IMG/VR virus record: IMGVR_UViG_3300030109_002631
Coordinates: 1-64,000 of that record
DNA: 64,000 nt
DNA from: an uncultured virus (IMG/VR IMGVR_UViG_3300030109_002631)
Lineage: Duplodnaviria > Heunggongvirae > Uroviricota > Caudoviricetes
Direction: 5' to 3' (one strand)
Position numbers and translations under genes: made by a program. Position 1 is the stretch's first letter. Every line of letters begins with the position of its first letter. Shown here one piece after another: positions 47,015 through 56,652 of the stretch. The notes beneath the pieces were generated by a model. It searched no databases. It had not been told where the DNA came from and was given only the letters and a program-made list of their open reading frames with translations.

Positions 47015-48199
47015 ATGAGTAGAGGATACGCAACAGATAGACCATCCCCGTCTCAGTCCGCAACATGGTATGATGAGTGGACAGAAAGAGAAGGAGGAGA
47101 TGGTAAGATATGGCACGTGAAGAGAGATTCACGTGGAACTAAGAGATGGACACGTGGAGATGCTCCAGCGTGGACACATGAACTGAGAGTGGAAGACGAT
47201 AAGCTTATAAAGGACCCTATAGATGGGGATACAGATATGGAAGACAAAACCGAACACAGAGGACTCGATGACCTATTCGATGTAGGAGCTGAGAGCCCCA
47301 TGCCAGAAGAGGAACCAACCCCCGAAGAAGTGGTTGTAGAAAAAGACACAGTTATGACTAAGCTGAAAGGTTCAGTCAATGTGCCAGAAGAATTCAAATT
47401 CGCAGACAATATGACTTTCTATACTATGTTGAGAAACATATTTAGAGGTAAGAACATTCTCATCACAGGACCATCAGGTTGTGGTAAGAGTAGTCTCGGT
47501 AAGATATTAGCTGACATTACAGGTAAAGAGTTTTATTCTTTTAACTTTGGTGATACTATGAATCCCTCAGCTAAACTATTAGGTGATACTAAGTATAACA
47601 AAGAAGATGGAACATGGTTCAAGCCGTCTCGGTTCGTTAAGGCTATACAAGCTGACTCGTTTATTATGTTAGATGAGGTAACACGTGACCGAACAGGTGA
47701 CTTAGCCAATATCTTAATGCCTGTCTTAGATGGACAGAAGTATTTAGCTCTCGATGAGAGTGAGGATGCTGACTCAGTTGAGGTTGACGCACGAGCTTTC
47801 TTCTTCGCAACTGCGAATATAGGTAGAGAGTATCTCGGTGCATCACATGATTTAGATAGAGCATGGAAAGATAGATTCACTGGTGGTATATATGAATTAG
47901 ATTATCTACCTATGAATAAAGAAAAAGAATTGATTATGATTAGAAGCCCTCAGTTAGATGAGTGGAACGCAGAGAAGATTGTAGACTTTGCAAAGAGAGT
48001 GCGTGACTTATACAAGTCCGACGAACTAACAACAGCCGTCTCAACTCGTATGTGTTTAGCGGTAGCTGAACTCGTAGTAGATGGGATGCCTTTGATAGAT
48101 GCATTGAAACATACCTGTCTACCATTCTACCCTATTCAGGGTGGTGACGATACTGAGAGAGTAAGAATAGTTCAAGTCATTCAATCTATGGGTGACTGA
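47015..48199 (+). CDS. MoxR/CbbQ-type AAA+ ATPase
   Basis: GPSGCGKS, MLDEVTR, FFATANIG.EY.G, LDRAWKDRF, VSTRM. Confidence 0.9.
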   Translation: MSRGYATDRPSPSQSATWYDEWTEREGGDGKIWHVKRDSRGTKRWTRGDAPAWTHELRVEDDKLIKDPIDGDTDMEDKTEHRGLDDLFDVGAESPMPEEEPTPEEVVVEKDTVMTKLKGSVNVPEEFKFADNMTFYTMLRNIFRGKNILITGPSGCGKSSLGKILADITGKEFYSFNFGDTMNPSAKLLGDTKYNKEDGTWFKPSRFVKAIQADSFIMLDEVTRDRTGDLANILMPVLDGQKYLALDESEDADSVEVDARAFFFATANIGREYLGASHDLDRAWKDRFTGGIYELDYLPMNKEKELIMIRSPQLDEWNAEKIVDFAKRVRDLYKSDELTTAVSTRMCLAVAELVVDGMPLIDALKHTCLPFYPIQGGDDTERVRIVQVIQSMGD

Positions 48200-48631
48200 T
48201 TGGGTTATCTTAGTTCGATAAAGACAATGGAGTATAAAATGGTAAGACGAAAAAAGAAAGTATTAAAGAGAAAGCATACATATTGGCATCAGTTAGCTAA
48301 AATAATGTTAGGCTTTGGTTTCAAACCAACTATGGTAGGACATATATTAAAAGATGTATTCCCAGAGACTGAGGTAAATGGCAGACATGTCGGTGCATAC
48401 AAACGTAGACTGATACAGGATGATGAACTGATTGTGCCAGAGAAAGCAACTATGTCACGCAACGAAGCTTCTCAACTCGCACCAGAACTGGTCTCAACAG
48501 AAGACATGTTCATATACAAGTGCACAGTTGGGTCAGCTAAGAAAAGTTTAGAATGCTTTCAGTTCAAGTTTAAAGCAGAAGATGTTAGTGCAGTGGAGGA
48601 AGTAGAAGAATGGATTACGGCGATTCAGTAG
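48200..48631 (+). CDS. Hypothetical protein (possible HTH)
   Basis: ORF between the AAA and vWA genes. Confidence 0.6.
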   Translation: MGYLSSIKTMEYKMVRRKKKVLKRKHTYWHQLAKIMLGFGFKPTMVGHILKDVFPETEVNGRHVGAYKRRLIQDDELIVPEKATMSRNEASQLAPELVSTEDMFIYKCTVGSAKKSLECFQFKFKAEDVSAVEEVEEWITAIQ

Positions 48632-50739
48632 ACGAGTGGGCTGAGGAAAGCGACGAAGACTACTGCTATGCATGTGATGACTGGGCTGAGGATGACGGTC
48701 ATGGTAACTGTAATGAGTGTGGTGTCAGTTTCAAAACTGTAGACCCATTTATCTCACCATCAGTTGCAAAGACCTACAGTTCACCAGCACCAGCCGTCTC
48801 ATCTCACGGTGATGTATGGAACAGAGGTTCCGCTTACACATGGGGCAGAGGTGCTTCATGGTGGGGTGGTTCAGGTTCAATGACCTCATCATGGGGTTGG
48901 GGTTCCTCAGTATCACACAGTGACAATACAGCTCGTATGTTAAAACATAAGAGACACTTAGATTCTCTCTGTAAAGTAGTAGACCCTAACGTAAAACATG
49001 TTCTTAACTTCTCAACTGACGGCTCGAATGTATCTAACATGAGTAAAGGAACTATCTATGTTGATGGTTCTTTGTTAGAGAGTAATGATGATAAGTTAGA
49101 TGTAGTAGCAGGTCTCTCAATTCACGAGAAGCTACACTTAGTTCATACTAAACCATTAGTTAAATGGGAAAGAGAGTATGCAGATGATAAGATGTTGAGT
49201 CACATTGAAGAGAGGCTACTACACAATATTGGTAACATTATTGAAGATGAGTATATAGAGTCTCAGTTGGCTAAGACACATGCAGGTTATGTAAACTACA
49301 TCCAGAAAGTGAAAGAACATTACTTTGAGAAACATGGACATAAGATTGAAGAATGTAAAGACCCGTTCGCAGATGTATTGAACACTCTCTTAGCGATGGT
49401 TAGATATCCTCAGTCCATAGATGCTACACGTAAAAGGAAACATGCAAAGCATATTCAGTTCTTCGGTAGAGCATTGAAGGATGGACTCAAAGACAGAGAA
49501 AGTTCTCTTCTTTGTATACGAGTATTGTATGAGTATATGCGTCAGTTAGCTGAACAACATGCAAAAGAATCTAAAGAGAAAGATGAAGAAAGTATGATGG
49601 AAAGAGCAACTGAAAAGTTAGATGAAATCATGGATTCATACAAAGAGAGTGGTGTTGAGAAAGAAATATCAGAAAAAGATTTAGATAGGATGCTCGACCA
49701 ATTACTCAAGGATGAAAAGAAAAGTGCAGAGAGGACAAGTAGGTATGGTGAACAGAGGGTTATCAGAGATGGTCTCGATTCACATCCCGTTGAACTCACT
49801 GACTATGATAAAGCTATGGGTAAGATTGACATGGACTTAGATAAAAAGATTAGAGACTTAGAAGACAGTGACTACTCAGAAGAAAAGTGGACTGGTGACA
49901 AAGCTCTCGGTTTAAAACAAGGAACTAAAGTCACATGGAAGAACCAACGAAGTCATACAGAAAGAGAGGCACATCAATATGATGAGGCAATTACATCTAT
50001 GAAAGCACCTATATCAGGTCTAAAGAGACGCATCTCTCTTTACGGTGACACTAAGGTTCACACTATAAGAAATCAACGTAGAGGTAGATTAGATAAAAAG
50101 ATGTTACATAAGATACCTCTCGGTAGAGATGACTTATTCAAAAACATTGTAGTTGACGAAGACAAACCATTAGATGTATGTCTCTTAGTTGACGAGTCAG
50201 GTAGTATGGGTTACGGTAAAATGAAGAAAGCGAGAGAGTGTGCTATAGCATTACGAGAAGCACTAAAAGATAATCAAGCTCTCAACCTATGGGTCTTTGG
50301 ACACACAGCTGACGGTTATGACTGGGATGATAAGATGGCAACCAATATGTCAGTATACTGGTCACCTACTTACCAACAGGATTTGAAAGCTATGGGTGCT
50401 ATGAGAGCACGTTCAGAGAACAGAGATGGTATGGCTATCTTAGCCTCAGCTGACAAAGTAAAGAGTGAATCACCATCAACATCAAGTAACAAACTTATGA
50501 TTGTTATCTCAGATGGTGAACCCTCAGCTGATAAGTATCGTGGCTTTGAAGCAGTAGGTCATGTATCAAAAGTAGTAAAGCACCTTGAAGGACAAGGATG
50601 GAATATAATTCAGATTGGTATTCGTGGTGCATCTACATCTATCATGGATAGAATGTTTACTAACTGGATTTATGTAGATGATGAAGCTCAGTTAGCTAAC
50701 AAAGTAGGAAGAATAGTAAGGAAGGTGATTAAAGTTTGA
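48610..50739 (+). CDS. vWA-domain (CobT-like) partner of the MoxR ATPase, with N-terminal Zn ribbon and HExxH motif
   Basis: CYAC...CNEC, HEKLH...NIIEDEYIE, MIDAS LLVDESGSM...VISDGEP. Confidence 0.88.
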   Translation: MDYGDSVDEWAEESDEDYCYACDDWAEDDGHGNCNECGVSFKTVDPFISPSVAKTYSSPAPAVSSHGDVWNRGSAYTWGRGASWWGGSGSMTSSWGWGSSVSHSDNTARMLKHKRHLDSLCKVVDPNVKHVLNFSTDGSNVSNMSKGTIYVDGSLLESNDDKLDVVAGLSIHEKLHLVHTKPLVKWEREYADDKMLSHIEERLLHNIGNIIEDEYIESQLAKTHAGYVNYIQKVKEHYFEKHGHKIEECKDPFADVLNTLLAMVRYPQSIDATRKRKHAKHIQFFGRALKDGLKDRESSLLCIRVLYEYMRQLAEQHAKESKEKDEESMMERATEKLDEIMDSYKESGVEKEISEKDLDRMLDQLLKDEKKSAERTSRYGEQRVIRDGLDSHPVELTDYDKAMGKIDMDLDKKIRDLEDSDYSEEKWTGDKALGLKQGTKVTWKNQRSHTEREAHQYDEAITSMKAPISGLKRRISLYGDTKVHTIRNQRRGRLDKKMLHKIPLGRDDLFKNIVVDEDKPLDVCLLVDESGSMGYGKMKKARECAIALREALKDNQALNLWVFGHTADGYDWDDKMATNMSVYWSPTYQQDLKAMGAMRARSENRDGMAILASADKVKSESPSTSSNKLMIVISDGEPSADKYRGFEAVGHVSKVVKHLEGQGWNIIQIGIRGASTSIMDRMFTNWIYVDDEAQLANKVGRIVRKVIKV

Positions 50740-50837
50740 ATTGGAAAGCCCCACCACATTTAGATGAAGCAGGTTGGTATCTACTACTGGTTTGCTTTAT
50801 GGTATTGTGGATGTGGATAATCATGTTCTTTCATTAG
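50736..50837 (+). CDS. Single-TM microprotein (33 aa)
   Basis: TTG start with AGGTGA SD; MNWKAPPHLDEAGWYLLLVCFMVLWMWIIMFFH*. Confidence 0.5.
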   Translation: MNWKAPPHLDEAGWYLLLVCFMVLWMWIIMFFH

Positions 50838-50847
50838 CAGGGTGACA

Positions 50848-50916
50848 GGGAATAAGTTGAGAACCTTTTACTTCTTAGTTTCGGTCGGTTTAGCTCATAT
50901 CTCTCGGCTTGTTCCC
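50848..50916 (+). ncRNA. Long hairpin RNA (15-bp stem)
   Basis: GGGAATAAGTTGAGA pairs with TCTCGGCTTGTTCCC using three G-U pairs, which favours the + strand. Confidence 0.5.
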
Positions 50917-50924
50917 CACTATAC

Positions 50925-51385
50925 GCAACGAAGACTTTGAATATTGAACTCGGAATAGATAAAGATAAGTGATAACAGGAAGGCCACGCTTAGCCTAATC
51001 ATAATGGCGGTAGTAGGACTCGAACACTTATCCTCAGTTAGGAAGCACCTCGCTTCGGAACCTTGAAAAACAGGAACTAAGCAGTGAGGTTCCCTATACT
51101 GAGTTGTATAACCCCTGTAATTGTATCGTGACTCTTTTGTCAGATGACTTTGGTTGGTTATACAAAGAAAGTCCACCTTGAGACCACGTTAAGCGAACCT
51201 CAGACAGAGCATAATGTTTTAAACTAATTGTTCTATAGCAGGTAATACCTTTTTGGGTCGGTATTGTGAAGAGAACCCAGTTGGTCGGGTTAGTGACTAA
51301 ATATCTCAATGGGAGTGACACGTTCACTGATTATCAGCACACGTATTCACACACCATAAACTGAGAGCCATTCTCTCTTCGTTGC
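50925..51385 (+). ncRNA. Candidate large ncRNA D (~460 nt) with group-I-like P3/P7 pseudoknot order
   Basis: Perfect 10-bp end pairing GCAACGAAGA/TCTTCGTTGC; GATAAGTG 50964/CACTTATC 51025 crossed by GTAGGACT 51013/AGTCCAC 51170; CTCAGT/ACTGAG and TTGTATAACC/GGTTATACAA stems. Confidence 0.68.
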
Positions 51386-51446
51386 ACCAAAAGCTTTATA
51401 TAGATATTTGAAATATATTGAATTATAATAACAAGGAATTGAAAAT

Positions 51447-51884
51447 ATGCAAACATTTCTACCAACAAAAAACTTTAGAACATCAGCCAAACTTTTAGAT
51501 TACCGTCGTCTCGGTAAGCAAAGAGTAGAAGGGCTTCAGCTCATCAACTCTCTCAGTCCAGACTACGATAAGAAAGGTTGGCTTAACCACCCAGCACGTT
51601 TAATGTGGGTTGGTTATGAGAATGCACTCAAACATTATACTAACTGTATGATAGAAGAGTGGGTGGCACGTGGTTATAACAACACGATGTCATTGTATGA
51701 AATAGAAAAGCCGATAGTATTCCCTCAGTGGTTAGGCTATCCAGAACTGCACAAGTCACATCGAATAAACCTATTACGTAAGGATTACGACTTTTATAAA
51801 CAGCACTTCGATGACGATGCACAAATGGACCTCGCAATCATAAACGAGTATGAATACTATTGGCCACCGGAGAAAGAAAAATGA
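51447..51884 (+). CDS. Pyrimidine-dimer DNA glycosylase / endonuclease V (DenV) family
   Basis: MQTFLP...LDYRRLGKQRVE..Q...GWLNHPA..MW.GY...SHR.NLLRKD; TATA at 51389. Confidence 0.85.
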   Translation: MQTFLPTKNFRTSAKLLDYRRLGKQRVEGLQLINSLSPDYDKKGWLNHPARLMWVGYENALKHYTNCMIEEWVARGYNNTMSLYEIEKPIVFPQWLGYPELHKSHRINLLRKDYDFYKQHFDDDAQMDLAIINEYEYYWPPEKEK

Positions 51885-52120
51885 TAAGAGAATTGATAGT
51901 ATGGTTAGATAAGAAGTTTGGTATGAACCGAACAAAGAAACTTATGATAAGACCACGCAAATACAGAGGAAAAAAAGAATGAGTAAATACACAGATAGAC
52001 TGCTCGTAGCAGTTCATGAAATAGCAGGACTGATATATTATCAGTGCCCTTTAGAGGAGCAGGACAGATGGTTACATCAGGTAATCGAAGATGGCCTATG
52101 GATGCCAGAGGAGTTAGCAG

Positions 52121-52330
52121 ATGCCAACAACGAAGGGTGAAGCAATACACTTCATGAAGATTATTCATGACTACTGTTCACCTATGGTAGCACGTATGAT
52201 GTTAGATGATTTAGATTTCTACATAGCAGATACGACAGGTAATGATTCTATCAAGGAATCAATTAAGATGGTGAGACGTATGGTATATGCAAAACATAAC
52301 GAAGAGATTATGTTAGACGAGGAACAATAA
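52121..52330 (+). CDS. Hypothetical protein
   Basis: ORF with GAGGAG SD, coupled to the next ORF. Confidence 0.6.
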   Translation: MPTTKGEAIHFMKIIHDYCSPMVARMMLDDLDFYIADTTGNDSIKESIKMVRRMVYAKHNEEIMLDEEQ

Positions 52331-52515
52331 TGGAAAGAGACAGAAGTAGTTTAACTACACGATTAAAACAGTTAGAAGCAGACAATGAATTGTTGAAGGA
52401 TTATATAGATAACATAGCCAGTATCATATACTATCAGATGCCTTTGAAAGAACAGGACTTATGGGTAGATGATGTGGTTGATATGGGTTGGTATAACAAA
52501 CCAAAGGATGAATAA
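52330..52515 (+). CDS. Hypothetical protein
   Basis: TAATG-coupled ORF. Confidence 0.6.
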   Translation: MERDRSSLTTRLKQLEADNELLKDYIDNIASIIYYQMPLKEQDLWVDDVVDMGWYNKPKDE

Positions 52516-52790
52516 TGGATAAGCTTAGACCAGAGAATGAACATCTATTAGAGGAAGCGAGAGGGGATGTGTATGGAGCTGAGAGTCAGGAAAATGTAGT
52601 TATGATGTTAGCTGAACTCAGACAGGAAAACCAAACACTAAAGAATTTATTAGACCACTCACGTTTCTTTGAACAGTTTATGGCACAGGAAGATGTATCG
52701 GTTGTAAAAGAACATGATGAAGAACAACCAGAAGACCAGATAAAGGTTAACTACCACGTGTCAGAAGAGAACCCAGAGTTTGAAGAGTAA
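52515..52790 (+). CDS. Hypothetical acidic protein
   Basis: TAATG-coupled ORF. Confidence 0.6.
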   Translation: MDKLRPENEHLLEEARGDVYGAESQENVVMMLAELRQENQTLKNLLDHSRFFEQFMAQEDVSVVKEHDEEQPEDQIKVNYHVSEENPEFEE

Positions 52791-53020
52791 TGCTAACAGA
52801 TAGATACTGTAGGTTTTGTGGAAAGAGGATATCCTTAGCTGAATGGGATTTATACGGAGGACAATGTGGAACATGCTCAGTAGGTATATTAGACATCTTA
52901 GACTTTTTCTAAGCTCTATTGAGAAAGCTTTATATATCTCCCTATAATATATTAATATAGCACTGCTAAATAATGCGTAATGCATAACATAGTGTTAACA
53001 ATATTTAGCGAGGTAATGCT

Positions 53021-53524
53021 ATGGGAAGAAAAGATACAGGAAAGAACTTTGAAAATGAAATCAGACGTTCACTCAAATCCAGCAGACACATCTGGTGGTT
53101 CAGGATACAGGATACTAATGACATTAATAGATTCGTTAAAATTGCTGTTGCAGAGAAGCAACCAGCCGACTTCTTCACTGTATACAGAAGTAGACCAATT
53201 ATGGTGGAGGCTAAAACTTCTCGGAATCTTAGTTCTTTTCCTTTATATTATGGTAATACCCGTTCTATTGCTCCTCATCAGGTAAAGGAAGGAGAAAGAT
53301 TAGTGAGAGCAGGTGGACTGAGTTTTATATTAATACGAAGAGAGGAGTTTAGAAACAAAAAGGTGTATGCAATTACACCATCACAAGCGAAATACTTATA
53401 TAGTAAGGCATACGATAAGAAATCAGTGAAGTGGCAGTGGTTTGATAAACATGCTATTGAAGTTGAAAGACTCAAGGCACCACTACGATGGAACTTACAC
53501 AAATTATACGAAGAGGTAATATGA
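53021..53524 (+). CDS. Holliday junction resolvase (Hjc/RecU-like PD-(D/E)XK)
   Basis: GKNFENEI, PADF, VEAKT, IAPHQ, GGLSFILI. Confidence 0.8.
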   Translation: MGRKDTGKNFENEIRRSLKSSRHIWWFRIQDTNDINRFVKIAVAEKQPADFFTVYRSRPIMVEAKTSRNLSSFPLYYGNTRSIAPHQVKEGERLVRAGGLSFILIRREEFRNKKVYAITPSQAKYLYSKAYDKKSVKWQWFDKHAIEVERLKAPLRWNLHKLYEEVI

Positions 53525-53800
53525 AAAAGAGAGCAACAAAGATACCATATGAAGGATATACTCTACCCCCCTCAGCAGAGAAGGGTGGACAGTTTGTAGA
53601 CTTCAACAGAGTAATAGAAAGAAAACCAATAAAGAAGGTTAGGATTAAGAAATGACAATAACAGACTGGCTACTGTTCATAGCAGTAATAGATGGACCCT
53701 TAATAGGATTTATCTATCTCATTTGGCAGAAGCTGAAAAGTGAAATGAAAAGTAAAAAGCTATTGCAAAGAATGGCTGAAGAAAGAGGAATGACAAAAGA

Positions 53801-54403
53801 ATGAAAGAGATAATGGAAAAATATAGCACCACATTTTTTGAAGCGATGGATACATGGCCCGATGAACTCAAAGAAGATATATACAAGTTATATGCTTACT
53901 TAAGAGTATGTGATGAAATGGTAGAAGGAGCTGAGTTAGCTGACTTCACACATTGGAGAGAAGTAATAGAACAATTCTATGAAGTAAGTGATAAGTATCA
54001 GTTCAAGGGTGAATGGTTAGCAGATTTTCATTTAGCTATGTATACTGATTTAGTTAAGAAAGAACATACTGTGAAGTCTATGCTTGAGTATTGTAAAGGT
54101 TCAGCTGAGTCAGTAGGTGTAATGATGGCATCTATATTAGGCTGTGACCCACGAGCTGAGAGACATGCAAGGGCTTTAGGTAGAGCATATCAAATAATAA
54201 ACTTTGTTAGAGACTATGAAGAAGATATAGCTAATGGTTACCATTATATTACTGATGATTTTAATTTATATATTAAATTATTTATGGAAGATTTGCAGAT
54301 AGGTGTAGAAGGATTACACTTCATACCTGAAGACTTACGTGGTCCTATACTACATGCTAATCAATCATACATAGAGGTGGCACGTGAAGCCAACCTACTA
54401 TAA
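53801..54403 (+). CDS. Compact phytoene/squalene synthase-like (CrtB/SQS) prenyltransferase
   Basis: YSTTF, LYAYLRVCDEMVE, YCKGSAESVG.M, ALGRAYQIINFVRDYEED. Confidence 0.8.
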   Translation: MKEIMEKYSTTFFEAMDTWPDELKEDIYKLYAYLRVCDEMVEGAELADFTHWREVIEQFYEVSDKYQFKGEWLADFHLAMYTDLVKKEHTVKSMLEYCKGSAESVGVMMASILGCDPRAERHARALGRAYQIINFVRDYEEDIANGYHYITDDFNLYIKLFMEDLQIGVEGLHFIPEDLRGPILHANQSYIEVAREANLL

Positions 54404-54635
54404 AGTATTGTGGCATAACTGCAACAGATGTAAAACACACTTTACCAGCGAAGCGCCTCATCTTAGAGCATATCTTTGTGATGAGTGTTGGAGAGCTATA
54501 CCTCATTTCACAGTAAAATCAATACAAAAACCAGTAAAAAAGAAGGATGATATAAATATGAAGACGATAATCTTATATACAATCGGCAATCTAATTTGTT
54601 TGGGGGTAATCGCATACTATTTGTGGTTTAAATAA
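54384..54635 (+). CDS. Zinc-finger membrane protein
   Basis: CNRC...CDEC plus a C-terminal TM helix. Confidence 0.55.
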   Translation: MKPTYYKVLWHNCNRCKTHFTSEAPHLRAYLCDECWRAIPHFTVKSIQKPVKKKDDINMKTIILYTIGNLICLGVIAYYLWFK

Positions 54636-54871
54636 ATAAATATGGTTCAAATCGAATGTTACAAATGCTTGAAGAGAGCATTTTTTGTAGATATAGAAGG
54701 CAACAGAAGGTGTGTTCACTGCACACCATACAAGGAAAAATGAAATGGATATTATACCCTTAGAAATTCCAATAAGAGACCAACTAAAGGTTCTCAGTTT
54801 ACAACTCTCAGTATGGGTAGCGAAAGCCTTATATACTGGGTAGTTATGGGTTACATTAACAGGTGATTTAA

Positions 54872-55177
54872 ATGAAAAGAACAGAACAAATCAACAAGCT
54901 GATGGATGCTGTAAAGCACTATCAAAAAACAGGAAAGCACAAGCAGGTTAGTATTAGATACAACCCTGAAAACAGAACACAGTTTGACTTCGCTTCATGG
55001 AAGCACAGTTCAGACAGTAAGTCTGTAAGGCAAATATTACCAGAAGATATTAGAATGTCATCAGAAGGTAAGTTCTACGTTATCGGTAACGACAATAGAT
55101 ATAACTTGAAGCAGTATGCTTCTCAGTTTAAACAACACCCACGTTGTTACAGATTAGATAGATTAGTGGTAGAATAA
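54872..55177 (+). CDS. WYL-like small protein
   Basis: VSIRY...RQILP...FYVIG.D...RCYRLDRL pattern; own TATA at 54823 and GGTGA SD. Confidence 0.55.
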   Translation: MKRTEQINKLMDAVKHYQKTGKHKQVSIRYNPENRTQFDFASWKHSSDSKSVRQILPEDIRMSSEGKFYVIGNDNRYNLKQYASQFKQHPRCYRLDRLVVE

Positions 55178-55525
55178 ATGGATAATTTATTAGAAGGTTT
55201 TCTCCAGTTAGCCAAAGGAAACGATAAGAATCTTTCAATGGAAGAACTATTGACAGAGGAAGAAAAGTTTGAATGGGAAACACTGGTGAAAGCGATGGAC
55301 TCTATCGACATACTGAATGTGGGTAAAGACTTAGAAAAGGTTGCAAAGACATACAAACTACAACGATGGCAGGAGCTATCACTGTTAGCATACGTGAAAC
55401 TATTAGAGATGATGGTTAAGAGAGCAAAAGATTCTGGCGCTATCGAGTCTTTAGATAAGATAGGTAAAGGAGTAAAAGCACCACCTATGCCTCACGAGTT
55501 TGATGCAGGGAGTATGTTTGGTTAA
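55178..55525 (+). CDS. Hypothetical protein
   Basis: 115-aa coupled ORF. Confidence 0.65.
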   Translation: MDNLLEGFLQLAKGNDKNLSMEELLTEEEKFEWETLVKAMDSIDILNVGKDLEKVAKTYKLQRWQELSLLAYVKLLEMMVKRAKDSGAIESLDKIGKGVKAPPMPHEFDAGSMFG

Positions 55526-56089
55526 TACCGTAGCATGTAACACATGCAGATGTAGATTAGCGATGAACTACGTCAAATACAGAGACACAGCAGGTAATCC
55601 CTACTGTCACATATGTTATACGAGGTTACTAAATGGCTGAATTCTGGAATGAAGAAAGAAAGCTAAGAGTAGTAGACTATATGTCAGGAATGATATTTGG
55701 TTACTGTATAGGTATGATTGTAGGAGTGTGGATATTATGAGGTGTAGACGTTGTGGTAGAGATTATGTAGGTATGATGAAATCAAATACATTCAATTGTC
55801 CACATTGTGGAGGAGTTCTCGCTACAGGCACACCAGTTCCATCGAGGTATAAAGATGAATGATAGATGGGAACAATTTACTCGAATATGGAAGAAAGGTA
55901 AACAGAATTCTACTGTAATGAGTATTATGTCAAAGGTCTCTGAGAGAGGTCTGAAACCAACTGAGGACAATTGTAGAGATTACTACATGGGTTACATAAG
56001 GTATTATGTAGACGCAATATCTGGACAAGGTGAACACCTTAATCCGAGAAAGAACAAAATAAAAATGAAAGCTTTAAAGAGGAATAAAA

Positions 56090-56356
56090 ATGCGAAAGAA
56101 CAAGGAGGATATCGCAAAGGTAAACCATCACATAAGGTGGGCCGAAGATATCCACAAAAGAAACGAAAGATACAGCGATGATAGCAACTGGTGGCCTTTT
56201 GTCCAGAATATCAACGATGTGCTCGACAGGGTTGAGTTTTTAACTCAGCGCTTAGACGACATCGAAAACACCATTGATGGTGTAGATGGAAAGATAAAAA
56301 ATCTTAGAAAGATTTTGATAAAATTAGAGGTAATAGATGACAGATTCATCTTCTAA
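56090..56356 (+). CDS. Hypothetical coiled-coil protein
   Basis: 88 aa, GAGG SD. Confidence 0.55.
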   Translation: MRKNKEDIAKVNHHIRWAEDIHKRNERYSDDSNWWPFVQNINDVLDRVEFLTQRLDDIENTIDGVDGKIKNLRKILIKLEVIDDRFIF

Positions 56357-56603
56357 TAAAGATAATGAAATGGCTGAAATGGCAGGAGAGCTTCTTCAAG
56401 CTCGAATGGAAGCTCAGTCAAGCAAGTTCACCCACTTATTGAGGGTAGGGACGTTTCAGCTGGAAGTAGCACCAACTGAGGACGTAGATGTTCGTGAATT
56501 CTTTACGGAAGTGCTTGATAAACTGATGGATAAATATGGAGATAGACTTCTTCAAATTGACATCAGTCAGACAGCATCTCCTACAGGAACGATGCACGGA
56601 TAG
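56337..56603 (+). CDS. Hypothetical protein
   Basis: 88 aa, GAGGT SD. Confidence 0.6.
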   Translation: MTDSSSNKDNEMAEMAGELLQARMEAQSSKFTHLLRVGTFQLEVAPTEDVDVREFFTEVLDKLMDKYGDRLLQIDISQTASPTGTMHG

Positions 56604-56652
56604 AAAGCTTTATATATCTATATAGAGTATAAGCTACAAAGGATGTGAAATT

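Noticed and set aside
51165..51180. RNase P RNA suggested by GAAAGTCC
   Set aside because: The motif is mid-molecule and I find no 3' CR-V partner (ACAGAA...GCTTA) to form P4; AGTCC instead pairs upstream with GGACT
50919..51327. Minus-strand ORFs 50919-51176 and 51094-51327
   Set aside because: Opposite to the local gene direction, no recognisable protein features; the region is better explained by RNA structure
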